Positions 39,114 to 64,000 of a stretch of 64,000 bases of DNA are shown here, piece after piece. The translations under genes were made by a program, and so were the position numbers. The DNA is from Lingula anatina (Eukaryota > Animalia > Brachiopoda), in contig CM120641.1 in the NCBI GenBank assembly GCA_051362555.1, forward strand, positions 16,802,001 to 16,866,000, written 5' to 3'. The notes beneath the pieces are model-generated. The model did no database searches and had not been told where the DNA came from. It worked only from the letters and a program-made list of their open reading frames with translations. Numbering within the stretch: the stretch's first letter is position 1; every line of letters begins with the position of its first letter.

Positions 39114-42100
39114 GGTCGTTTACCTTTGAAGCATTAATAATTATTACGAAAAAAACAGGAAGACAATTGGCGAGAAAAAAGGAAATGTGATCATTAAAAA
39201 TTAAATATCTACAGTGTACATGTACTTGGAATATTTACTTGTGGCCACACGTTTACGGTTTCACAACAAATGTCTTCAAATAATATATGTAATTTTTATG
39301 CAGGAAGTCACGACTCTCACAAGTTATCAAAATTGTTCTCAGCAAATAATGTCAAATAAGGTCGCAAACTGCAAAGATGGATTTTACCGCACAGCAGATA
39401 CTCCATGTAGGACACAAGATGGCCGTGTTATAGGAACATCGCCCCTTCCGTTCGTGACCCAGGGACTGAATTGTGCCACCCCAGGAATGCTGACGAGACT
39501 GTTTAAAAAGGACACGGATTTAAAGGAATTCCAAGCTGTCAGAGTTGATTTTGACAAAAGGTACACGTGCTGAGGCTTGGATTTATGTACTGACATTAAA
39601 AAATATTATTCATTTCATTTTTGACACGAAACGTTGAGGTTATTACTTAATCGGCGAATGTACATTTATTTTGGTATTTTTCGTGTTTTGGTGTAAGTGC
39701 CATTTGTCATTTAGTAGAATAACGTATAAACAATATCACTTCATTCGTGAAAGTAATTTTGGAGTTGTGCTGGTGTTAACATGAAGAAAATACAATTAAT
39801 ACTTTCATGCATTTTTTCATTCAATTTTATTATTTGAAAAGATGTAAAAATCTGAACGACCGCTGTGGTCTGTGCACCGAGCAATGCGCTCGCAGCTTCA
39901 GCACCGAAATCAACCCCAGGTGTAGGATCACGAAGGATGACGAGAACGGATTTAGTCCGCGTTTGAGAGATTGTCTTAAGTGCTGCGTTATACAGAAGTG
40001 TTCTGAATGCAAAACGCATGCCGATGAATGCGCTCCAAAGCGCATAAGGTAATTTATTAATTAAAAGCCAGGTTATGCAATGAAAATGGTTTATTGTCCT
40101 AGGATTATCAACAAGTTTCAATTTAATTTCATTTCTGGAACCCATTTTCATAAAATTGCTTATACCATTGAACGACAACATATATATGAGCTTTTTAAGT
40201 TTTTACTTTTTTTATATAATCAAAATAACTAATTCCACTTCTGAAAATTAAAACAGGGAGGGAAATTTAGGACAAAGCGGTTGATCTCCTTTACAGATGT
40301 AGAAAAGGCACGGTTGTGGTATTCTCTTTGGACCCACTATTCTCTGATGACGTCTACTGCCACGTGAAATTACAGCAGAATGGTGTAATATATCGTCTGC
40401 AGTACGAGGTCCTCAAAAATGGCAGGCGGCTGCAGCATGGCATTCAAATGACGTCAGAAAATTATTTCAAGAAGAAAGACTTTGAACACGCAACGGGAAT
40501 AGTGAGGTGCTGTATTGTCGTATGGTCTCCTATAAGATTAATGTGTAAACAATTAATTAAAGGACAGACGCAGTAGTTTTCTTTGACTACCTTACTATTT
40601 GACGATTGTCCACTCCTAATCTTGTTGCATTTTCATATTCAGGCATGCGTTTTTAGACGTTTACTATGGAAGTGGGATCAACACCCAAGTGACTTTATTA
40701 AAAACCAATATCAGATCAGGAGAGCCAAGGTATCAGGCCGGAAAATATAGGGATTTTGGTAGTAGGGTCCTTGATTGGACGTCTGGCATACACGTTGTTC
40801 CAAAAGTACCGTTTGGAATAAACAGTCAAACTTGGGGTAGGTATTTTACTGTCCATGCAAATTTTTCGATATTCAATCTTGGCCTTATTCAAAACAACAC
40901 ATTACCTGTCACGTGTACTTAAAATACCTAGAATACCATGGCAAGAAACATGTTCTATATTGTTCATTAATTGCACTGATGGTATTTTTCTGACGTAGTT
41001 ATCATATCAAGTCGTCTTTTCTATTTGAAAGCACAAGAATCCTGTGATCTTGACTTGGAGAGCTCAGTAAATGCGGCCAAGAAAGGCGACCGTTTTTGGG
41101 AGGAGACACCGGGTATACTCGTCCAGTCGGACGAGCCGCACCGCCATTTTATTTTGAGGAACAAAACCAATCCTCCTTACTTCGGCATTAAAGTTTCAAG
41201 GACCAGGTCCGTTTTGCGTTCTTTCTTTAAGGCAACATCTATCAGGAACGATCACTCGCTGGTGGCAAGATTGCTCCGTAACAGCACCTTCTGGGTCGTG
41301 AACATTTCTGGAATGATTGAACCATGCCCAGGTAGATGCTTTTAAACCCCTAAAGTTTTGTTTTCTTATCTGAGTCTCTGAGTGAAACCTAAACTTTAAC
41401 TTATAAATTTGATTACTAAAATTTTTTTATATTGTATGTATGATGACAACATCTTCATTTAGTGGTACATATTCTTTGTTTATAATTTAAGTCAAGTTGT
41501 TAATTTTAATAAAAACCCAATGCACTTACAGGGGTAATAACAGTACTTGTAAAAGATCCAGTTATTGGGAACATGGTCCTCTTCCACTACGACCTGGTTG
41601 TTGGCTGCGCCTCAGGCGGCGGGTCACACGCAACGGGCACCAATCATGCAAACCGCAGCGCTTTCCACGTCCAGCTACATCTCCGCGCGGATGGACCAGA
41701 TATTCACCAAAGGACTTTGAACCTCGAATTGAGAGATAGTTTTAGACGTATTAATGTCACACTTTTTCGACCTGCTCCGAGAGACGCGTAAGTGAACATT
41801 TCTAGTTTCACTGACAAGATGTGTTTGTTGTATTAATGTTTCAGACCTAAAGGCTGTATGAAAAGAAACGCGAAGGGGACCTGTTATGAACATTTCCAAA
41901 ATGTGTAGCATGTATTATATTATTATGATTTAGTTCATTTTAAAAATATTGGCGTGTTTTACCTTTTGTTAAGTCACACTGAAAGTGTTATAGATAGGCA
42001 AGATTATGAATCGAGAATCACATTTTTTTCTTAATTTCTAGATACAATTTTGGCCGCCCACAAAAAGTGGACAAATTTACAAGCGACATGTTTCAACCGT

Positions 42101-43853
42101 TCATACCATTGATAGCAAGCTCCGTCGGGATGTTAGTGTTACTTGTTATGATTTTAATCTACGGCTACGTTACTCGCCCAGACCAAGACCACCAAGATAG
42201 AGACAATTTTTTCCACGTGCGTCACCTACTTTTCGTTATTTGGTACGTGGTGTTTCGATTTGCTTACTCTTTGGTGATTTCTTTGACCGTGTTTGTTCTT
42301 CTGATGAGGGCCATACACGGCGACACCCTGGGTATCCTAGAGCAGTTTCCCCAGTATAACAAAATGGTTGCTGTTCAGGAGGATCAAGAGCTTACAAAAA
42401 TCCGGTCACACATGGACAAAGAGTTACTGAGGCAAAAAGAATTGGCTAATGACGCAAAGAACCAGTGCGAAGAGCGCATGCGTGAAATACAAAATCTCCT
42501 GCACGAAGCAAGGAAGAATTTGACGAGATATTTTCAAACAGAGGTGAGATATTTCCAACTGTTTACATATCAATCAACCAACTTTATTTTATTTTGTTAA
42601 ATATTGCGCCTATGTCGGCCCTACATTGGCACATTCAAATTTCCTATAAAAATCGATTTAAAATTGTCATTTGCTTCAGTGTGCACGCTTTTGATTTAAA
42701 CTGCTTGCATTAACAGGATTGTAATATCAACGTGTGTCAAGCACAGTGTGCAGTTTACAAGGTTATATCAATATATCGCTATTAACATTTCCAGAAAGGC
42801 GAAAAAAATATTGGTCAGCTTGCGCTGGGTCAGGCTAAGAACGCCACTAACGCTTACAGCCGGAAATTAAAGGCATTTAAGGACGAGATTGAGGCGTTCG
42901 CTGAGATGTCTGCGCAGGACATCGAAATTGGAATCAAACAGGCTTACAGAGAATTGGAGAATAACTTCTGGATGAAAGGAGCAAAAGTAATTTACGATAT
43001 TGTGTCCACTTTTGGAAGTCCAGGCCCGTTCATGCAGTGGTCAGGGCTCGAGTTTCCGCAAGGACTTACCGATCTGTACCCTAGTGAGTGAACGTGCACG
43101 TTATTCTTGAATTTTTTAATTTATTCTTTAGTTCAATTCATGGATTTAGTTACATTCATCGAATACTGTAGTGAGTAGAGGATGTAATGACGATATTGTA
43201 TTAAGTGTATTTAATTTTTAGAATGACTTTTATGTCGTACGCTTGTAAAGCGATTCGTTTCGGTGGTGACCGACATGTTTTAACTCTCATATTATTTTCA
43301 GACATAACCCTTGACGGTTTTCCGTTTCCAAATAAAAGCACCTTTGATCATCTTAACATCAGTCATCCGGAATGGGAAGAGTATCCGCAGAACCTCACCA
43401 ACATCACTTTACCGAAATCGAAATTATTTGGTGATCTGACACACAACGACGTTTACAACAAGTCTTTCGTCAACGCCACTTACAAACCAAATATTACCTT
43501 TAAGATATTCTTCAGCGGGTGGCTGAATATAGAAACACTGATGGTGGTGGTGGCAGCTATTGATGCAGTTTGGTTTATATACCGCCATACTAGAACGTAC
43601 CAAACAGTGGTACAGCTACTTCACGGGTTTCCACATCTAATCCGGATTGAGCAGACTAAAAATGAAGGTACAGTGGCGATGAAAGTAAAGGTGCACTTGG
43701 GAGCGTAATGATTGCAATAAAACATATGTAAGATGATGTTAATATAGTTGAATTTTTCTTAAGTAAGGTTAGAGTCAGCACCTTATGGAACCTTGGCCAA
43801 AAATATCTATTTATAAAGATTCGCCCAAAGATTCGCATCAAAATGTTGATGGC

Positions 43854-43906
<53 letters not shown>

Positions 43907-45395
43907 ACTCATTATTAGAGTTTTATGCTTTAAACGTTCTTGCAGTCTTTTCAGATATATATTATAAACAATATTAGGATATTCACTATATTGCAGTACC
44001 AATGGTTTTGCAATCAATGTTAGCAGAAGATTGAAGGTTTAACATCATCTCTTTCTTCTAGATAAGTTAGAAGAAAAAAGCAAATGGCAAAAGTGTTGTA
44101 AGGCGACAAAGACAGCGACCAGGACTTCTCTTGATCTGTTGCTTAGCTTATCATGGCGGTTCTTCCTGTTTTTAAAAGAAGTCAATTACAAGGTATCAGA
44201 TATATAGAATTAGAGGGTGATCAGGGCACTCTGCATTTTTCATACTCTTAGTAGGCCAAACGTTACATTTCTACATCCCTGTGAGTTATGAAAGTTATCA
44301 TAGAATGAAAGTAATAAGAGAATTATTGTGAAGGTACCTTCGTCGAAATTCGTGTTTTATAAAGGCATTTTAGGATACCTCTTTTTGACATCTTTCGAGT
44401 GTATGATTTTCAATAAGATTGAATTGAAAAATATGTTTTATTGCAAAATTAGAATTGAAAATAGGCGAACATTTTTATGAACCTTTGGGTCTTTTATGGT
44501 ATGTTTTCCATGCCAGCGTAACTGGTTTGGTTTTTGCCGGTTTCTTTTCTCTCTTTCTAAAAACTATGTTATCTGTAAATTACACACTCCAGATTATGAA
44601 CACAGATCTGATACCAAGGCTGCTTCTTGTGGCTCTACTCTGCGGCACTGTGTACACCATCATTATTGTTGCGGACGCCATGGTGAATGTACAGACGCTG
44701 TGGGCTGTGGGATTCTTTGACGTCAAAGTAAGACTATGCATGGCGCTTAATAATAATGTAAACTTTTTTGGTTCATATAGGCCTGCATGTACGCGCAAAG
44801 GTTTATGTTTTGGAAGTTGGTTTTCGTATTTTAACTTTACATCTCCCAGGATGTCTTCTGTGTTTGAATAAAAAGATTTCCAAATATCCTGTAGGCCTAC
44901 ATAAGAATTCAGCCTAATCATTTTAGAAATACCATTTTCTACAAAGTTTGTAATTTTAATTTGATTATTCTACTAATAGGTGTAACACCTTTAAGCATAG
45001 TGACATATTCATCGTTAGGTGGGCCCAATACTGATGGCAAGAAAAATCGCCAACACGCGGATTCGCGCTAACGCATTTAGGATCAACAACTTTGAGTTCC
45101 CTTTTACCGAGCAATTGGTCAACATGAGAATAGAACAGTATCAAATAATGCTGCAGATGTTCAATAGATTAACATGTGAGGGAATGCTCTTTCACGCAAC
45201 GGAATACTGTGCGTGGTGGAACATAACGTACCCTGGCCGCCCCTGTCAGCCACCCGTGACCAAGACGATGGACTTCGAGTTCAAAGGCTGCGAAAACCCC
45301 ACCATAGACCCAGTCATTTATACACGGTAAATGGGCATATCTTTGAATATTATCTTTTTTATGTAATTTGATTTTTACTGTGTCTGTAATTGCAA

Positions 45396-45439
<44 letters not shown>

Positions 45440-45946
45440 TTGTAAATGTATTCTTGAAAATATATCTATCAAAAGTTTCCTTGACATACACGCTGTTTTA
45501 CATTAAAACTGGTAATATATGTTTTGTCGCAACCAGATTTGATAGCCTGCAATACAAGCTGGAATTGATGCGTTCGATGGACCCTTTTGCCAGGGCAGCA
45601 AGAAAAATGATACTTGATTCGTTTATTATTGTGGCCATAGCTGTTGTGATAGCCATCCTGTTTGCAGTCCTAGGTGCTGCTGTTTATATGATGTTAAAGA
45701 GGTAATAAAGATATAAAAAACTGTTTTTAGTAAAAGCCTGTATGTATCCAGCGGTCGAAACCGCTAGAAAAAAGCCTGCAGTGACAGTAATTTTGACCAT
45801 AAGTATCTACTGGCGGGTCCAGACTTTGCTAAAGGGGGAGGGCACTAAACCTATTGAAAAATTACAATTAACAATAGGAGACAGAGCGATTATACTGTAC
45901 AATGTTGCTCGGAGACAGGAAATGGCTTGGTTTTGTGACATTTCGC

Positions 45947-45983
<37 letters not shown>

Positions 45984-46476
45984 TGTATGGGGTGAAAGGG
46001 GAGATAATGATGCGAGTGTGCCCTCCTCACTGGATCTGCCATTGGTAACTACACGTAGAAATCCAGACAAATTTGTGTTATAAGCCTTATCTTACAAATG
46101 GTAATATGACACATTTCATTTATTACAGCTTATCCCACATACCTTTCAGTTTGGTGTAGAAAACCATACATGCAGGGCCTAATTGTAAGATAAATATCTA
46201 TATTTAGCGCATCTCAGTTCCTTTATAGCAAACGGTTCATATCAAAAATTTTCTACTGTTCTGTTCAGGTTCGATCTGGTCCGTCTGCTGAAGGTGTACG
46301 AGGTCACGGAGGACCCTGCCCTGCGACCAGAGAATCTGCCAGCAGTTCTGAGAGACCAGGAGGGAGACAGGATCAAGGCGGTCACTATAGATCCCAAGAT
46401 TGAGGAAGCGGGCGGGGGGCGGACACACACGGCGCCATCAACGTTCCAGTTGAACCAGAGAACACGCGTTAACTGA
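31906..46476 (+). CDS. Uncharacterised large multi-pass membrane protein, paralogue B (same architecture as A, with 3 TNFR-like repeats)
   Basis: Exons 31906-32082 ([22 protein letters not shown]), ~32913-33062, ~33397-33556 ([25 protein letters not shown]), 33920-34032, 34429-35147, 35581-35789 ([22 protein letters not shown]), ~36204-36342 (EGF), ~36853-36981 (DIDEC...[12 protein letters not shown]), and ~37230-37304, ~37789-37863, ~38144-38218 (CxxxCxxxxYxxxxCxxTxxxxC-type repeats). Further exons run 38.5-41.8 kb, then 42.04-42.54 kb (TMs, coiled coil), 42.8-45.7 kb and 46269-46476 (LVRLLKVYE...stop). Confidence 0.8.
37553..37748. mobile_element. MITE family B, near-perfect ~196 bp palindrome in an intron of paralogue B
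   Basis: taccctctaccagagcgactgacagatttttacagatattcacagatatg...ttttgggctgaagtcagcccaaaa...catatctgtgaatatctgtaaaaatctatcagtcgccctggtagagggta. TA at both ends. Confidence 0.85.
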
Positions 46477-48103
46477 AGTCTGGTGCGTGAGGCGAGAACT
46501 ATGTCAGCTCCAGCTTATAATACTGTGTACCAAAGACTTAGTGCCTATTAAATATGACGATCATTAACTGAATGTCTTATAATATACAATATGCCCGGTA
46601 TTTATAATACTGTTTCAGTTAATACGTGTTAAAGTCCAGGGTAGCAAGGTATTGCACACAACGTGCAGAGAATTAGTGTCTTTGACATTCGGTGTACCCA
46701 TGAAGTAATAAGGGATTTAGCTATTTTTTGAAAATATGGTATTATTATCACGTAATCAATGTACCAAGGCGGAATTCTATTGCACCACACTGGGAAGCTG
46801 ATTTGCGAAATTGTTATCAGACAAAAGTAATATATTCCATATAATCTCGTCAAATGATTTATGGATGGAACAATCATAAATTGTGTGATTTATAAGAATA
46901 ATGATCGATCGACACATCAAGTTATTATAGCAGTGAGAGTAATATGAAAATTAACTAAATATTAGATAGGTTCCTGTCGCTTTGTTAAATACATTATCTG
47001 ACTTCGAGTTTAGGAACACCTAATCAGATTAGCAGATAAAATGTTAATAAATGTTTTTGTAAAAGATTTATCTGGACAGTACATTACTGCCTTACTCATA
47101 CAGTTTATGTAATGAAATAAGTAAGAGGTAGTTGCTACACATTATGAAAGCAATAATCCATTCCCATTTAAATTACTTTTTTGATGCGCTACAAAAAACA
47201 AAAAAAAATGAAAGACCCATCCATCTATACACAACGCGTCCAATATTTACTGCAAATACCAACATGCAACATGACTATTACAGCATTTAAGCGGCATTGT
47301 CCAAATGAGAATCATGGTTTTGTGGCAAACAAATGTTTAAATTGCACATCCTCCATCAATACAAGTGCCATATCCTACAAGTAAATTAGCCGCGTCAGTC
47401 ACTGCCATTATCACGAACGTCTGTCCATTAACAACCATATCCCTTAACTTTCCACCTATTATAAGTCTGTTCAATGTTCATCATTGGAAATACACAATTG
47501 CGTGTACTTTTTATCTGAATAAGATTAAACGCCAGCGCGCAAAGGAAGCACCGGCTTCAATTTAGATTAAAAAGGAGCATTTGGGCAGTTCTAATAGATT
47601 TGTAAGCGTGGATAAATAATTCAACTGATGTTGTTTTCAGTTCTTCCTGGGACAGACTGGTAGATATGTAGGCAATATATGTACCAGCGGCGTGAACACA
47701 GACAATACTTCAGATGCTGTAACTTTTTTAAAAATCTTTTATGATCTCAGGTTAGTAACTTGTCACTGAATTCGATATTATATTGAAAAAAATTACTTTC
47801 CTCTCCCTTATCGCCCACAGACAGGCGAATAGCTAGCAAATGTTTTGCAATCTAGCATTTGTAGCCGCCCACCAGAAAAAAGGGTATTCGTACAATTAGG
47901 AGAGCAGACTACCAGACTGATAAACATTAACATAATCAAACACGCTCGCCATGGAAAGAAACACGGACGCATAATCTGCGTGATGGGTTTACTAGTCAAG
48001 CGACACTCGAAATTTATCCTCTACAAAGATCGCATTATGTTTCATTATGTGCACTTATTCTCTGAAGCGTGCAAAAATGTCCCATCTTTATTAGAGCAGT
48101 TAA

Positions 48104-48164
48104 AACTAGACACATATCTGTGAATATTTCGTGAAAAATCACTCTGTGGCCCTGGTAGATGGTA
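48104..48164. mobile_element. MITE family B, right-arm fragment
   Basis: catatctgtgaatatttcgtgaaaaatc...ggccctggtagatggta resembles the right arm of 37553-37748. Confidence 0.5.
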
Positions 48165-49589
48165 CTTGAAACTCGGGACAAAGGCCATCACCCCGTGGTC
48201 CTGACAGCTGTGAATGACATTTAAAAAAAAAAGAACACAACTTTTATGCAAAGCAACAATTGAAGAAATATTGAAGTTTAAGTCAAGCAAATTTCTCGAA
48301 ATTTGATGAACCTATGTAGGATTTAATAATTTTTTTTCGGGAGGGGGGGGGCCTGTACCATCAGCTGGGTGAGACATTTTCTTGGGGGGGGGGGGTCTTC
48401 TTGATTTCAAGTTCTGTCTGATTAAATTTCTCTTGAAGTTTTCCCAGTTTTGTGTGATTTGTATTTGAGTCCTAGAGTACATTGAGTACATACAGTACAT
48501 TCAGCACATACTTTGAAGTTGATACAAAGCAGTAAAAGTAAGATTTTAGTGCTTAATAGTTCGGGCTCTCTTTTCTCCTTTCCGACCTTGAAATGGACCA
48601 AAGGTCAAAGGTGAGGTCAGAAGACTTTCCTTTTAAATTCTACTGTATAGTTAACTACTTTTACATCCCTTTTGGCTATAATAAGGAACCTACACGTTTC
48701 AAGTTCAAGATTTTTTACTCCTTTCATATGACGAACGGTACACTAGAGCAAATACACCAACTGACGCCCTAAACAATCAGGTTACTGCAGAAAATATCTT
48801 TGTCCATTATTCTCATCATGCTCTTTGAATATCTCAGGTTTCAGAGATAGTGACTGCCGCAGAAGCTACAGGATTACACTAAAATGAGATAAAAGTCGGC
48901 ACGGTTAATAAGATGTCAAGGGTTTTCAAAAACACTATCCCAGCAAGAAAGCATGTAATTAATTGAACATTTATTATAATAAAATCGCCATTGTTTGATA
49001 GTGGCAATAATGACGATGAATCACTCTTGAACATCCACGCGATAAAAGTTACAATTGCACTATTCCAGGTTTCGGCTTTTAAATCTTTTATGTAATAAAA
49101 GGCAGATATCGACGTGTGGGTATTTATGTATTCCTTAACTGCATTCGACGTCATGTTATCAGCTAAAACACTTGCCTAATGGAGATTAAATAATTGCGCT
49201 TAAGTGATAGAGTTAGGAGGGAATTCACCATCATGACCACTAAGACTGTCCACTAACCGCTGGTTTGGCCATAGACGCCAGGTTCATTCTATCATGTTTA
49301 CAACTGCACTTTATTAGCGGACGACACGGAGAAGCCAATGGGAGAGGTCGGTAGGCTCTTTGTTGGTGTCAGCAAACGTTTTATCTGTTACCCATGGGGT
49401 TAATAACTTAATCGGTTAAGCGGCTTCCCCTAATGAGAAGAGTTTGTGTGTTCGTATAAGGGTGGGTAGAGGATGACAACATGTATTTTTCCTGTGAACC
49501 GTATTGTCTGTGGTCTGAAAACAACTGTGCGTTTCGACGGCAGATGCTGATATATTGAGAGGCTGCTTTCAGCGCATTCTGCGTGCAAC

Positions 49590-62720
<13,131 letters not shown>

Positions 62721-62758
62721 TGTCAAATTCAATATTCAAATATTGAATCGGTCTCCTA

Positions 62759-63008
62759 GGGACCATTCCCATAGATATTTGGATAGATCTATCTCCCTGG
62801 GGGGTCTCACTTAATTGCTATCAAACTAACCGGCTTAAACGTCTGTCACGCCTAGTAAAACTGTAAGGGGTAATTATCTTTACCCCTAGCTGATTCGGTA
62901 GGCGTAGCAGACAGTTAGGCCTTTTCTTGCTGATTTGCAATTTAGTGTGAACCCCCAGGGAGTTAGGTCGATCCAGATGGATCGATCTAAGTATGGGAAC
63001 CCAGTCCT
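62759..63008 (-). mobile_element. MITE family A, copy 3, just downstream of the TRPC stop codon
   Basis: Reverse-orientation copy: ccattcccatagat...gtgaacccccagggagttaggtcgatccagatggatcgatctaagtatgggaa. Confidence 0.72.
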
Positions 63009-64000
63009 AGTTTTCACTTGCACGCACAAACAAAATGAGAGGAAATAATAGAATTTGTAGAACTGAGATGGTTTGATTATTTTGGCGGAAGGCTTGGATT
63101 AAAGGTTACAACACCGTAGCATGAGAGGAATGGAGACTACATGCCTATTTTTATGAACATGTCACGGTATACGCCATTGTCGCAACGTTCAGGGCAAGGG
63201 TTCACTGTGATCATCCTCGAGGTACAGGTATATGCACATGTACGTGTAGGTCATTAATGGGACTAGGTGGCATGAGCATCGCGTTCCAGGACAGTGTGAT
63301 GACCTCATTTGAACTCAGTGTGATGACTGGGAAGGTATCTCGTTAATGATAACTGTTCACATTTATACATTTACAAGTAACTGCTGAAAATCGTGAAACT
63401 GTGAATCTCTATGTAAATGTCATTCTGGCGTTGGAGTGATGCTTCGAACTGTCATCGCTTCTTCTTTCTCCTTCTTGAATGATGTAAAGCATGTTTGATT
63501 GTATTTTGATGTTTAAGTTCAATTTTGAATTTGAGAGAGCAAATTCTACGTTTCTGTGTGCAGTTTGCTGAACGATATGTTGTAATTCAATAAAATTGTA
63601 TTATATATGGGCCCACTACGATCAAGTAATAATAATAATATAAGGCACAACTTTAACTTGACAGTATGATAAGGCAGCGCGCACGCTTTCCGCCTTGTGG
63701 AGAACGGTTTTTGGTATACCCAAGGAGTCTGTTATAACTCCTTGGTATACCCTCGTATAGGGAACAACAACAGGTACAAACACTATCACGATCACCCCAA
63801 GTCCACCGAATAATGTCCGTGCACTGGAACTCCACGATATTTCGACGCGCTTACAATTTTAAATATTTTTCAAAGGTTTCAGTTTGACCAAATCCTAAAG
63901 GCGTCGGAAGCAGTGAATCCGTGTGATTCCGTGCAACCCTTCTTGTACCTCTACGACATCCACGGCCTCCACTGCATCTAAATTTTAAAGGGGACGTACG

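Noticed and set aside
19000-46476. Naming the paralogue pair DCST1/DCST2, prominin or a TNF receptor
   Set aside because: Diagnostic motifs (DC-STAMP FDN motif and RING, death domain) are not visible. The similarity is only in topology or arrangement, so no symbol is assigned.

Overview
AT-rich, intron-rich animal genomic DNA. It is probably a marine invertebrate, inferred from the Gr-like receptor, GT-AG introns, microsatellites and MITEs. I assembled five spliced protein-coding genes by hand: (1) a gustatory-receptor-like (GRL/7tm_7) gene on the minus strand, 9.4-13.0 kb, with the TYhhhhhQF motif and three phase-0 C-terminal introns; (2) a secreted CAP/SCP-domain gene on the minus strand, 14.3-17.2 kb; (3, 4) two large divergent paralogues arranged head-to-head (minus 19.0-30.3 kb, plus 31.9-46.5 kb) around a ~320 bp putative bidirectional promoter; (5) a TRPC3/6/7-like channel on the plus strand, 49.6-62.7 kb, with a dead Tc1/mariner element in intron 1. 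The paralogue pair is the most unusual feature. Each gene appears to be one continuous spliced ORF: signal peptide, small ectodomain, TM, disordered cytosolic loop, KK plus an internal signal-peptide-like segment, EGF/cbEGF/TNFR-like Cys repeats, a long unassigned ectodomain, then a five-TM module with large helical extracellular loops. This could be a polyprotein cut by signal peptidase into two membrane proteins. The window also holds a foldback-like inverted-repeat element at its start and several MITE families. All exon models are manual and not checked against transcripts.
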